Under the pieces are notes generated by a model. That model was given only the letters and a program-made list of their open reading frames with translations, was not told the origin of the DNA and searched no databases. The translations under genes were made by a program, and so were the position numbers. DNA of 64,000 bases, taken from the human T2T-CHM13v2.0 reference genome, Homo sapiens. Location of the stretch: assembly GCF_009914755.1 (NCBI RefSeq), contig NC_060938.1; one strand, written 5' to 3'. Below are positions 13,334 to 28,429 of the stretch, piece by piece. How positions within the stretch are numbered: position 1 is the stretch's first letter; the number at the start of each line of letters is the position of its first letter.

Positions 13334-16184
13334 GTTGGACACTGACATTGGCAACTTCCTGAAGGTGTGGAAGACCCTTCCTCCCAGCTCAGCCAGTGTC
13401 ACTGAGCTGAGTGATGACGCTGACTCTGGGCCCCTGGAGAGTCTGCCGAATATGGAAGAAGTCAGGGAAGAGAAGGAGGAGAGGCAGGATGAGGAGCAGA
13501 GACAGGGGCAGGGCACACAGAAGGCGGCTGAGGAGGACGACCTTGACTCTTCGCTGGCGTCAGTGTTCAGGGTGGAGTGCCCGTCCCTTTCGGAGGAGAT
13601 CCTGCGGTGCCTCAGCCTCCATGATCCCCCTGATGGGGCCCTGGACATCGACCTCCTGCCAGGGGCAGCTTCTCCCTACCTGGGCATCCCCTGGGATGGA
13701 AAGGCTCCCTGCCAGCAGGTTCTTGCCCACCTGGCCCAGCTCACCATCCCCAGCAACTTCACCGCACTCTCCTTCTTCATGGGCTTCATGGACTCCCACA
13801 GGGATGCCATCCCTGACTATGAAGCCCTAGTGGGCCCCCTGCACAGCCTCCTCAAGCAGAAGCCTGACTGGCAGTGGGACCAGGAGCATGAGGAGGCCTT
13901 CCTGGCCCTGAAGCGAGCCCTGGTGTCTGCCCTCTGCCTGATGGCCCCCAACTCCCAGCTGCCCTTCCGCCTGGAGGTGACCGTGAGCCACGTGGCCCTG
14001 ACGGCCATCCTCCATCAGGAGCACTCAGGGAGGAAGCACCCCATAGCCTATACCTCAAAACCCCTCCTCCCTGATGAGGAGAGCCAGGGCCCCCAGTCAG
14101 GGGGTGACAGCCCCTATGCTGTGGCCTGGGCCCTCAAGCATTTTTCCCGCTGCATTGGAGACACCCCGGTGGTCCTGGACCTTTCCTATGCCTCCCGGAC
14201 CACTGCGGACCCTGAGGTGCGGGAGGGCCGCAGGGTTTCCAAAGCTTGGTTGATCCGATGGTCCCTCTTGGTTCAGGACAAAGGCAAGAGGGCCCTGGAA
14301 TTGGCCCTCCTCCAGGGCCTGCTGGGGGAGAACCGCCTGCTCACCCCCGCGGCCTCCATGCCTCGCTTCTTCCAGGTTCTGCCGCCTTTCTCTGACCTGT
14401 CCACGTTCGTCTGCATCCACATGTCGGGCTACTGCTTCTACCGTGAGGATGAGTGGTGTGCTGGCTTTGGTCTCTATGTTCTATCGCCCACCAGCCCCCC
14501 TGTCTCCCTTTCCTTCTCCTGCTCCCCTTACACGCCAACCTATGCCCACCTGGCAGCCGTGGCCTGCGGCCTGGAGCGCTTTGGCCAGTCCCCACTCCCA
14601 GTGGTTTTCCTCACTCACTGCAACTGGATCTTCAGCCTCCTGTGGGAGCTCCTGCCCCTCTGGAGGGCTCGGGGCTTCCTCTCCTCTGATGGGGCTCCAC
14701 TCCCTCACCCAAGCCTGCTCTCCTACATTATATCCCTCACCTCTGGCCTCTCATCCCTTCCGTTTATCTACCGAACCTCCTACCGGGGCTCTCTGTTTGC
14801 TGTGACAGTGGACACCCTGGCCAAGCAGGGTGCCCAGGGGGGTGGGCAGTGGTGGAGTTTGCCAAAGGATGTGCCAGCCCCTACAGTGAGTCCCCATGCC
14901 ATGGGCAAGAGGCCCAATTTGCTGGCATTACAGCTGAGTGACAGCACCCTGGCCGACATCATTGCCAGGCTGCAGGCTGGGCAGAAACTGTCTGGCTCCT
15001 CACCGTTTAGTTCTGCCTTTAACTCACTCAGCCTCGACAAGGAGAGTGGCCTGCTTATGTTCAAGGGAGATAAGAAGCCCAGGGTCTGGGTAGTCCCGAC
15101 GCAACTCCGGAGGGATCTGATTTTCTCTGTGCATGACATTCCCTTGGGGGCCCACCAGAGGCCCGAAGAGACCTACAAGAAGTTGCGTTTGCTGGGGTGG
15201 TGGCCTGGGATGCAGGAGCATGTGAAAGATTACTGCAGGAGCTGCTTGTTCTGCATCCCCCGAAATCTCATAGGCAGCGAGTTGAAGGTTATTGAGTCCC
15301 CATGGCCCCTCAGGTCGACCGCCCCCTGGTCGAACCTGCAGATCGAGGTGGTGGGCCCGGTCACCATAAGTGAGGAGGGCCATAAGCATGTACTTATTGT
15401 GGCTGACCCAAACACCAGGTGGGTGGAGGCATTCCCCCTGAAGCCCTACACACACACGGCTGTGGCCCAGGTGCTGCTTCAGCATGTGTTTGCAAGGTGG
15501 GGTGTTCCTGTGAGGCTGGAGGCAGCCCAGGGGCCCCAGTTTGCCCGGCACGTCCTTGTGAGCTGTGGGCTGGCCCTGGGAGCCCAGGTGGCCTCCCTGA
15601 GTCGGGACCTCCAGTTCCCCTGCCTGACGAGCTCAGGGGCCTACTGGGAATTCAAGAGGGCCCTCAAGGAGTTCATCTTCCTGCATGGGAAGAAGTGGGC
15701 GGCCTCCCTGCCTTTGCTGCACCTGGCCTTCAGGGCCTCCTCCACTGATGCCACACCGTTCAAGGTCCTGACCGGGGGTGAGTCAAGGCTCACGGAGCCC
15801 CTGTGGTGGGAGATGAGCAGCGCAAACATTGAAGGGCTCAAGATGGACGTCTTCCTGCTACAGCTGGTGGGGGAGCTGCTGGAGCTCCACTGGAGGGTGG
15901 CTGACAAGGCGAGTGAAAAGGCCGAGAACAGGCGTTTCAAGCGGGAGAGCCAGGAGAAGGAGTGGAATGTGGGTGACCAGGTCCTTTTGCTGTCCCTCCC
16001 CAGGAATGGCAGCAGTGCCAAATGGGTGGGTCCCTTCTATATCGGGGACCGGCTGAGCCTGTCACTCTATAGGATATGGGGCTTCCCAACCCCAGAGAAG
16101 CTGGGGTGCATCTATCCCAGCAGTCTGATGAAGGCCTTTGCCAAGAGTGGCACCCCGCTGTCCTTCAAGGTCTTGGAGCAGTGA
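13334..16184 (+). CDS. NYNRIN: NYNRIN terminal exon: domesticated retroelement Pol (RT thumb/connection, RNase H, HHCC, integrase core, GPF module)
   Basis: tgtag|G acceptor, 949 open codons to TGA. Motifs [21 protein letters not shown]-x6-H...CLFC, ARWGVP, KWVGPF. The seven exons total 5499 nt in frame. Confidence 0.97.
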
Positions 16185-18001
16185 GCGGGAGCAGCGGGGG
16201 TGCCCCCTGCCCCAGGGCCGTGGGTTTCTGCTGCTAGGCCTCCCCCTGTCCCAGCAGTGCTCTCAGTCCACTGGGGGCCCTCAGTTGTGCCTTTTGTAGA
16301 GAACTTGCTTCATAAAGCTTTGCTGAATTGCCTTGAACTAGGGACCAGCATCCCCATGGAAACATCCCCAGTTTGGGGTACTTGGAGAATTTGCCAAAGG
16401 CTGTCAGATATGGGTCCCTGGCAGTTTTACACTGGGAAATAGAGTGCTCCTCTAGGCTATACCAGGCTCAGTGTCTTCTCCCCAAGTATCCTCTTTCCCC
16501 TTCACATGTAGGTGTGTGGTGGTGTGCACACACACTCACGAAAGAATCTATCTTGGCCATGAAACTGTGGCTGTTGACCTTGGAATTGGAACCACAGTCC
16601 TTTCCCATACAGAAACCCCAAATGTGGGCTCCTCCCTCCAACCTGTTCTTTTGGGGACCCTTTGCCCTTAGAGCTGTCACAGATGACATAAGCCTGGGCA
16701 GGCTGTGGGGAGGCCGCTGCCTCCTAGCCTCACGGTCAGCTTTCTCAAGCCAGGTGTGGCCTGCACAGCTGTCAGGGCAGGGCTGGCCATCCTCCCAGGC
16801 CTCAAGGGCAGTGTCTTGGAGTGGGAGGATGGCCAGCCACAAGCCACCAGCTTGTCAGCATGGGAAGGGCAAGGGGGAAATGGGTTGGCCTACCTCATTT
16901 GACTCCAGCCAATGGAGACAATTCCTGACCCCTGCTTTGATGGTGTTGACCCCACAGGAATCAAGGATCTTGATGCCAAGTGTGGCATCTCTACCTGAAG
17001 AGCTGCTTCTGTTAGACCCAGGGGCCCCGGCCTCTGTTTTAAGGGGGCAGGGCGTCTGCAACAGGAGTGGCACACGGTGAAGTGCTGGCATGGCTCTACC
17101 TCCCAACCCCTCCCAACCCCATCCCAAAGCCTACAGTCCTCTGCTCCTTCTACCTCCACTGTATCCTGCATCCCAGACCCTACAGATTGTGTGATTGCTT
17201 CATCTGTATCACCCCCCGAGTCCTGTGGACCTGCCTTCTGTGTAGAGCAAAACCCAGGCTCCCTCACAGCCATTCTTTGCAGAGATCACCCTTGCAGTGA
17301 GTGTGAGTTCCTTCCAGGTGTGTGCGCGTACACTCACCCTCTGAATTGCTGCCGCTGCCAAGGAAGTGGGCTCCAGGTGAAGGCCAGTGCCACGTCACTC
17401 TGGCTGGCCTTCTTAGTAGTTTCATTTCTCCGGAAGCTGAGCCAGTCTCCTGGTCTAGCCCAGGTTGCCAGAACGCTTGGCATTGCAGAGTGCTAGAGCC
17501 AGTGGAGAACTTGCCAACTTGATTGTTTTACAGCAGAGGAAAGAGGATCACAGAGGGAAAGTGATTCACCCAAAGTCACACAGCAAGTTCATGGCTGAGC
17601 TGAGACCAGGATTAAGCTTCCTGACTCCCAGTTCACCATGAAAAGGGTTCTGGCAACAGGTTCAAGCTGGAGAATCCTTCAAAATGCTACACCCACATTC
17701 TCTCCAACTCTTCATCTCCCTGATCTTCCAGACAAACTACCTGGATGTTGCCCTTAAACCATTTCTAGCTGTTAACCCTATCCAGAAAAATGATTGAGTG
17801 ATAGCTGAGAAGTGGAAAGTGTGGGATTTTTGGCAGGTGCTCTCTTTCCTCCGCCCCCCGCGCCATTCTTTCTCTTCCTCCTCTCTGTAATGGTATGTCC
17901 AGCCTCACTCTCCCTCCCTGGTGCTGTATGCGTTCCCCCTGTTAGCTACATTTGTGATCACATACCCTTCTTTTAAGTGAATTTTTTTCATTTGATTTGT
18001 C

Positions 18002-18007
18002 AATAAA
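18002..18007 (+). terminator. Likely NYNRIN polyadenylation signal (3'UTR about 1.8 kb)
   Basis: AATAAA with U-rich upstream and GU/U-rich downstream sequence. Confidence 0.75.
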
Positions 18008-18294
18008 CGAATCAAACTGGAGCTGATGTCCTGTTCTTTGTTTAGCTTCAGTCTCAATTGTGGGAATGAGGAGTGTGGGGCAGTCATGGGGTATGGCTGC
18101 TATATGTTTCCCAGATAAACTTGCAGATTTGAAGAAAAGTACCTTTTCCAGACCATCTGCCCCAAGCTCTTACTGTACAGATGAAGAGACCAGGGCCCAG
18201 AGGGTGATATGCTTAAGGCTCCATAGCTGCTTCATGGCAGGGCTGGAAGGAGAGTCCCACCTCTGGGCTTCCAAGCTGGTACCCTTGGCAGTTA

Positions 18295-18758
<464 letters not shown>

Positions 18759-20324
18759 TTACTGGAAAAATTATAGACCTAGGTTTGCATCTATATTTGC
18801 TACCTATGCAGGCTGTTTCCTGAGGTCTCAGTTTCCCCATCTATAAAACACAGGGTAACAATTCCTAATTTATGAGATGGTTCAAGGATTACATGAAATA
18901 ATCTGTTTGAAGAGGCCAGTATGGCTTGGGATGGAATAGCATTCATCATATGTAGCTAACATTACTCTTCTTCCTGCCCTGGGAACTCTTGCTGGTCTCT
19001 CCCCTCAGGATCAGAGACCTTCTTAACCCAGGCCAAGCTTCGTGACTTTAGGCCTTTGCTTTTTGCTGCCTTTCTCACTTGCCCGGGGTTCTGCTCAGCA
19101 CTGGCTGGCGTACGGGTTGGGGTGGGAACCATCCTTCCTGAGAACTCCCCAGCTCCTGTGCATACCATTGTTCATTCAGTATTTATAGGACACCTGCTAT
19201 GTGCCAGGCTCTGCCTAGGTGTGGGATGGCTAACAGGTAACAGGAGTGACACGGTCTCTGCCTCTTTGCAGCCCACAGTCAGGTGAGGGAGACAGACAAT
19301 CCAACAAACAAATACAGTTCAGGGTGGTAAGGGAAACAATGTGGCCTAGGAGCCCATGGTGCAGGGGCCTGGGGTCTCAGCCCACATGACAGTCAGAGAA
19401 GCCTTGCCTGAGCCCCTTCACCAAAAGTAATAGGATTTTGCCAAGCCACCTTTCCAGTCAGCCTTCCACTTTAGAGTGCTGACCCTTTCCATTGCTGACC
19501 TGTACTACAAACAATTTATTACTTTTGGTTATTACTTTTTACTCTAGATAACTTTAAGCAAGAATCAGATTTTACTCACGCTGGCTTCTAAGTCCTCTGA
19601 CAGTGAGGTTTTTCTTCTTTGCTGTTCAACAATCTACCAGGTCTGAACAGAAGTTTGAGATTCCTCCTATTTTTGGAGGGGTGAATTAAAGAGTTTTGTC
19701 CATGGTAAAGCACCATGGACGCTCTAGGCAACCAGTCACTGCTTCTCTGGTTTACACCATCACAATTATTCCTTCTTATTTGGGCCCTGGCAGGAGGGCT
19801 TCCCCAAGTCTCTAACAGAGAAATTACAAAGTTGCCAGTATCCAGACAATCCCATGACATAAGCAAACAATAAAAATAAAGAATATTCCTATCCCGTGCC
19901 CCTGTTAAAACTTACATAAGCTATCTGGTGAAGTTGGGTCCACCTAAGCCTTGCTATACCATGCTTTCCTAGCAAGTATTTACTAAGTCCATGTGTTCAT
20001 GAATGAAAGTGAACATACCTGGAAGACAAAAGCTTTGTAACAGGTAAATGGCTACAACAAATAAAAAATCCTACCTGCTTTTAAAAGACTGTCCAAGAAT
20101 CCCTGGGACAGGTCCAATTTTTAACTTGTTTACTAAGTCATCTGATAACAGTAACTTACATATACTGAGTACTTGCTCTGTGTTGGGTACTGTTCTAAGT
20201 GCTTTCCAACCCTGTGGGGTGCATACAATTAGTATCTCCATTTTATAGGTGGAAGAAAATGAGGCACGGAGAGGTGAAGTAACTCACTGAAAGTCATGTA
20301 CAACCACTGAGAGGCTGGATTTGA

Positions 20325-20750
<426 letters not shown>

Positions 20751-21039
20751 TAGAATTAGTCTCCCCTCGCTTAATCTGTGGTCTCTCCATCTGTTATTAA
20801 TGCACTACATAGAGTCCGCTAAGATGTCTCCATTAAAGTTTGGTCCTCAGTAAGATGATTCACAAACTAAAATGGATTTACCTCCATTGGGTCCAAGAAC
20901 TATTCTCTTGGTCCTGATAAGTTTTGACTGAAATGCTGTACTCTCTTTTTCCAAAGAGTGCCATTTCCCCTCAGCTAATAAGTGGTGATATTTCTTAGGT
21001 CTGTACATTCTTGCAGATGGTGAAAAATGAAGTAGTGGA

Positions 21040-22400
21040 GATTCTGGGAGCTGAATTGTGAGGGATCTCGAAAACCATGTTAAGAAATATGGATTTCATT
21101 CTGAGGCCCACCTGGAGCCCCCAGAGGGCCTTAGGCAGTGAAGTTTATTTACACAGATCACTAAGGCTACCGCAGTCTGGAGAATTGAAGGGAAACCACA
21201 GGACCAGTTAGGAAACCACAGGACCAGTTAGGAGGCTTTCATAGAAATCTAGCTAAAAGATTGTTAGTTTGAGCCAGGGCAGACGGAAAGAAACGAATGG
21301 AACTGATGGATGTGAATGACTAGATATGAGGGTTATGGGAGAGGGAAGAATTAAGGATAATGGCCATTTTTGGTTTGGGCAACAGGGAAGTTCCGTTTAC
21401 AGATATAGAGAACAAGGGCGAGAGAACAGATTTAGGGAGGAAAGACTATAATTTCAGGTTTTAGCGTGTAGACTTGAAAGTGGAATATTCAATGTATGAG
21501 TCTGAGTTTCAGAAAGGGCGATCCTGGATAGAGATAACATTGTCAGCATATGGATGGTCATTTGTGCCTTTGAGAGTGTCTTAGGACCAAAGAATGCTAG
21601 GGCAGAACCTTGATGAAAATCAGCACTTAAGAGATGCAGGGCACAGGCAGAGAGGTGGAGGAAAACCAGGGAGCGTACAGTCAGGGAAGTCGGGGCAGAG
21701 TGCTTCTAGAAGGAGGGTATAGTCAGCAGGGTCAAATGTTAGAGACAGACTGAGTGACAGGAGGACTAGGAAGTGTTCACCAGCTTCAGTAACACGGAAG
21801 TTATGAGCCATGGCTGAGGGCAGTTCAGGTGGAGCAGTGGAGGCCATAGTTCACCGGTGATTACGAGGTGTGCAAATCGAGAGTGTAGACATTTGTACTA
21901 CAATATTTTGCTTTAAGGAGGAGATGAGCTGACGCCAACTACCTGCAGGAATAGATAGAGCTGAGGATAACTATACCTATATCTACAACTACTTCCATGC
22001 CTATCTTCTCTTAGATTTAAGAGACTTGAGCTCCTAAACTTTAAGAGCTGCTGAAGGGAAGGAGTGAGTAGAAAGGAGAGTGACAGATGACAGGATGTCT
22101 GGAGGAAACTGGATCCAAGACTGGTGGATGAGGATAGCAGCCTTGACAGGAGGAGGAACTCGTCTCCCACCGAGACAGGCAGGAGGAAGCAGAGATGGGG
22201 AGGAAGGTGAGTTTGTAAGTGTGGTGGTGGGCAGGGTCCTGCTTGGAGTTTCTGTGTTCTCAGTGAGGTGGAAGGTGAGGCTGTCTGCCGCTGACCATGG
22301 GCCATGGGAGCAGAACTGGTGGGGCAAAAGGCTTAAGGAGTGAACAGAAGCTGGCAGTGGATTCTGGGGAAGATGAGGGGCAGCTGGCAAAGGAAACCAG
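21040..22400 (-). mobile_element. Old L2 LINE fragments
   Basis: Purine-rich L2-like motifs (gaccagttaggaggct; gagggaagaattaaggat). Confidence 0.55.
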
Positions 22401-23184
22401 TGAAGAGTTAGAGGATTGAGGATTATAGGATTGAGGACCAGATGTGGCTGGAGGCCATGGATTTAGATCCACATTGAATCCTTCATCAGTGGGACTTCTC
22501 TGTAGGAATCAGCTGCCAGGGCATGGGCATAGGGAAGGTGAATAGTTGGAGTCTGTTGTTAGGATCCTTAAAGTCTGAGGAGCTTTTGGTACCTGGAGAG
22601 GACCACACACCATCACCTGTGCTTTATTTATTGTTTAATCTATTCACAAACCTACTGAAGGAAAAATTGTCTAAATATTTGAACACGATTTCTATAACCA
22701 GCAAATCAAAATCTATACATTTAACAAGTTAAATTATTTAAACGTTGATTAAAAACAATCAAATCCTCCTAAATATTTCAACTGAATCACTAATATGTCA
22801 GTTTCTCTAAAAGCTTCATTTTGGTAAGGGACACATACCATTATAAGGATTATAAAGTTTATAACACCTATGCTTAAATCCACTATAAAAATGGGTGGTA
22901 GACCTGAGAGACATTATCTCAGCTCAGGGCAATTTTTGAATTTAGATATCTAAAATAAAAATATATCTCAATGTAGATCAAGTTTTGGATTATTAATCAA
23001 TGAATTTTTGGTTGGGACCTGGGAATTGGTTCACCTTCTAAAATGATTAAAATCTGAGCTGGTATTTATCTTGTATATATCATGGGAAATTTTCAAGCCC
23101 ATACGTTTTCCATGCAGTGGTATTGTAGCTGCATGCCTTTTCTCTACATGATGCCATCTTTGAGTTTAGTGACTCTGATATGCA

Positions 23185-23675
23185 GATGTCCTGAAGATGT
23201 CCATGCCTTAATCCCTGGAACCTGTGAATATGTTATGTTACATGGCAAAACGAACTTCAAATATGCAATTCAGGTTGTGGACCTTAAAATAGGGAGATTA
23301 TCCTGGCTTATCTGGGTGGGCCTAATCACACGAGTCCCTAAACTCAGAGAACTTTCTACACTGAAGTCAGAGAGATGTGGTAGAAAGGTAGGCCTGAGAG
23401 ATTTAAAGTGTGAGAAGGACTTGGCTTGCAGTTGTTGGCTTGAGAATGGAGGGGGCTAGGACCTAAGTCCTACAACCGTAAGGAACTGAACTTTAAATGA
23501 GTTTAGAAGTGGATTCTTCCCCTCCAGTAAGGAAGGCTGCCCTGCTTATACTTTGCTTTTGATCTTGTGAAACCCTGAGCAGAGAAGCCAGTCACGTTTT
23601 GTTGGACTTCTGACCCACAGAAACTGTGAGGTAATAAATAGTTGTTTTAAGCCACCAAGTTGGTAGTACTTTGTG
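23185..23675 (+). mobile_element. MLT1-type MaLR LTR
   Basis: ctaatccctggaacctgtgaatatgtta...gagattatcctgg...gttgttttaagccac. Confidence 0.7.
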
Positions 23676-24088
<413 letters not shown>

Positions 24089-25294
24089 CTAAATTCTACT
24101 GAGACACAATCAGAAATATTGGTGCATATTTCAGAAAGCTTCTTTCAAGGAAAGAGATGTGTTGTTTCTTCCTTCCTCCTTCCTGTTAGGCTGATGTAAT
24201 GTCTGGAGCTCAGGGAGCCGTCTTGGGTCATGAGGTGGCAAGCTAAGGATGGTAGAACAAGACAGAAGACTGGGCTTTCAAATGATCATAAGGCTGCCAT
24301 CCATCCCTGGACTCTTATTTACAGATTTTTCTATGTGAGACAAAAATGATTTCCTATTTTGTTTAAGCTATTCTTATTTTGGGTTTTACTGTTACAGCCA
24401 AACCTACTCTTAATCATTTTGCCTAATTAATATCTCATTATAATTAGTGGGGTAATACAGAGGATCCATTTTCTAGGAGATGAACGATCAAGCCTGAGCA
24501 GTGAACAGTTGTCTTTTGGACATCTGACTAATCCATTGTCTTATAACACGCCATTGGACTGTTTTTCTTCTTAGTTGCAAAATATACTCAAATAGTTCCA
24601 CCAGTATCTTTCATTCTTGGCACAGTGCCAGATCTTCTTGGAATTATTCACAGTTCTCTGTACTCACCCCTCCCTACTTACATAGATAAAGAAAAACAAA
24701 TGTACCTTGCAAATAGACAAAATGCCTACTATATTTATGTTCTTGTACTTATCACGACTCACTAAAAATAGCCTATATTCACTCTTCTTCACTCAGCATA
24801 TTAACTACTTTTTGTCACACTTTATAGTGACTTCTTCCTTTTTGAATATCATTGCAGGTACATGGATTTAAAAAATTCACCTTGTTCCAATTAACTGTAT
24901 TATTTTCCTTTTGATAATCAAATTGTCAAAGCATGTCAAGTGGGAGCTTCTTTAAATTGATTCCTTTGCCTTTTCAGCTTTACTTTATACATTTAAAAAG
25001 TATCTTTGCTTTCTGTCATCAACAACATGTTCTGGGCCTGGAGTTACTTAAGGTGTGCAGCTATTCTCCAAGGAACCTGAGGGTTTTTGGTATTTTTTTT
25101 TAATGGTGACTAATATCTGAAGCAAAGATCCAGTTTCTAAGAATGGATATCAGATTGTTCCTGATGTTGTTTTTAGGATTAGTGACAGTTCAAAAAGTTA
25201 TTTCTTTTCAAAACCACAAATTCACCTTGGTATTTCCTATTTAACTCAAACATTATTCAACTTTTAAAATGTAATTTTAGTATACAGTTTGATA

Positions 25295-25300
25295 TTTATT
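25295..25300 (-). terminator. Candidate CBLN3 polyA signal (second candidate at 25409-25414)
   Basis: AATAAA on the minus strand downstream of the stop codon. Confidence 0.55.
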
Positions 25301-26518
25301 TTCCTCTGCAACATACCTACTTGTACCTGTAACACCCGATCCAAACTCCAGAGGCATCTTCTCCTTAGTAATTCTATAGTGTCTCACTGACCACCATTCT
25401 CTAGTTGTTTTATTGATAGATTCATCCAGGCTGGGCCAATGGGACAGCGGGATAAGAAAGAGAGAGGGAGGGTTTAGCATACTGGCAGGAGAGGGTCTGA
25501 AGGAATGAATCATGGAATCCCAGGTAATAGGAAGCCTAAGGAGGAGAATAAGACAGCACAGATCAGGAGAAAGAGAGATAGTGGGGATATGCTGGAACAG
25601 GTACAGTGAAGATAACTCAGTGAGAGAGCTGGGAGGAAGGAGGCAGCAGTCAGAGTGTGGAGGGACTAAAGTTCAAACTTCAAAGGTGGAGCAGTTTCAG
25701 GAGGTGGCCAAGCAAGAGGATGCATGGTTATCGATGTTTTCCATGGTCCACTTCCAGCTCTGTATACCTGCTCTCAGCTCTGCTCTCAGCCAGAGCAAAC
25801 ACACTCACCCTAATCTCAGGTGGGGAGGTAAGGGCCAGAGTCCATCTGGGATCCAGCATAGAAGGACAGCCAGGATTGCTACCTGCTGGCTGCTCTGCTA
25901 TACATGCAGAATGTGTACCATGTTCAGTCTAGACAATACACCCTCCTTCCTTCCTCACCAGCCACAGACTCCAGGCCCTTCCCACCCTTCTGCCTGTGGC
26001 TGAGCCTCCCACCCTAGCCCATACGGTGCTGGTTCAGCTTCTGACGGTGCTGGCTGAGATCCGTGATGCTGGCTTTCCTCACAGGAAGAAGCCTGCAGGG
26101 TACGCTGAGGCTTGTCCATCTGGGCTCCTGTGGGGGCCTGTCAGGCTCACCTGCGCCACCTGTCCCTGATCAGCATTGAGCAGGAAGCTGGGGTGGGGGA
26201 ACCGGAGGAGCAGAGGCCGCAAAGTAGTGCAGATCTTCCTTCTTGCCAAACCTTGCCCTGATCCTAGGGCTGCAGGCAGGAACAGATGCAGCAGGTGGCT
26301 GGGAGGGTAACTGGGGGTGGGTGGGTGGAAAGGCCTGGTCTGGAGATGCCACAGCTCTACTCTTCTCTTAAACTTGGGTGTTTGGCACAGGGTCCCATGC
26401 AAAGAGGTGGGATAGGAGCCAGAGGGAGTCTCTCTCCTGCCTCTGCTGTTTCTGGGGCAAGAGAGGGCAGAAGAAAGTTGTCAGGGGCTGGATTCTTGTG
26501 CTTGAAAGACTTGGGTCC

Positions 26519-26734
<216 letters not shown>

Positions 26735-26925
26735 TTAGCCCCCATTCCCCAGCCCTTAGCTCAGGACCCCCCACTTTCCCAGGAGCTTCCTCTTGGGAAG
26801 CTGGGTTTTAATGGGCTCTCCCGGGAGGGCTGAGGGGCGGCCAGCATTGGACTCTGCACATCCTCCACACTCAATGCAAGGCAGGCCCATTCCTCCCCTG
26901 GTCCTGGCCTCCAGGACACAGGTCA

Positions 26926-27165
<240 letters not shown>

Positions 27166-27400
27166 TCAGGAAATGCCCATGGCTCAGGGGTACCATGGGG
27201 ACTAGGGGCAGGGGCAGTGAGTAATGAATAGAAGGAGTGGCAAGTAGGAGTGAATAGGAGTGAACAGATTCAAAAGAAATGGTGAGAAGGGGCAAGGAGA
27301 GGGCTGCGTATGGGTGGAGGGAGGGGAAACCGTCGGTGGGGTGGTGGGGCAATAGGCCAGATTAGTGAAAGATGTAGGAAGCTGTTTTCTTAAAGCCTCA

Positions 27401-27859
<459 letters not shown>

Positions 27860-28429
27860 TCACCGCCGGCACCCTGATAGTCTGCCCTCTCTAGGCTCGC
27901 TGAACCCCCTCTCCATACCTGTGTCCCAGCTCTGTCCTGCCTCCCACTCTTACTCCTGCTGTCACTGCAGTTCCCTCCTCCTTGGCAGAGCATGCAGTGA
28001 CAGCAGTTGGGCTTTGGGAGAGAAAGGAGGGATGAAGCCGCCTGCCCACTGGACGGGAGGGCTGCAGCCAGAGCTTCAGGGTAGCCCTGCTGGATGGGAC
28101 AGCACTGAGGGCTGGACCTGGGGGGATGGAGAACATGGTATGTGTGTGTGACGGGTGTGACAGAATGTGTGAGTGTGTGCATATGCCAGAGGCAGCCCCT
28201 CAACCCCTTCCTCCTATTCCTCCTCTCTTCAAAATCCCCCACAAATCAACAGCCCTTCTTCGTGGCATCTTTCCATTTGTTGGAAGAAAGGGGTACTCCA
28301 CCAGGGGTACCCTCCGCCTCCCGCCTCCCGCCTACCCCCTCCGCCACGATTGCTTTGGTGGAAAGTGCTTGGGCCTAGAGCACCAGTGGGCCAGTCACGC
28401 TGCCTCTTTGGTCGGCCACATCTTTATTC

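Noticed and set aside
16373-17080. 235-aa ORF after the NYNRIN stop, as possible env or read-through
   Set aside because: Non-ATG start and no env features such as a furin site, CX6CC or a TM segment; it is GC-rich 3'UTR.
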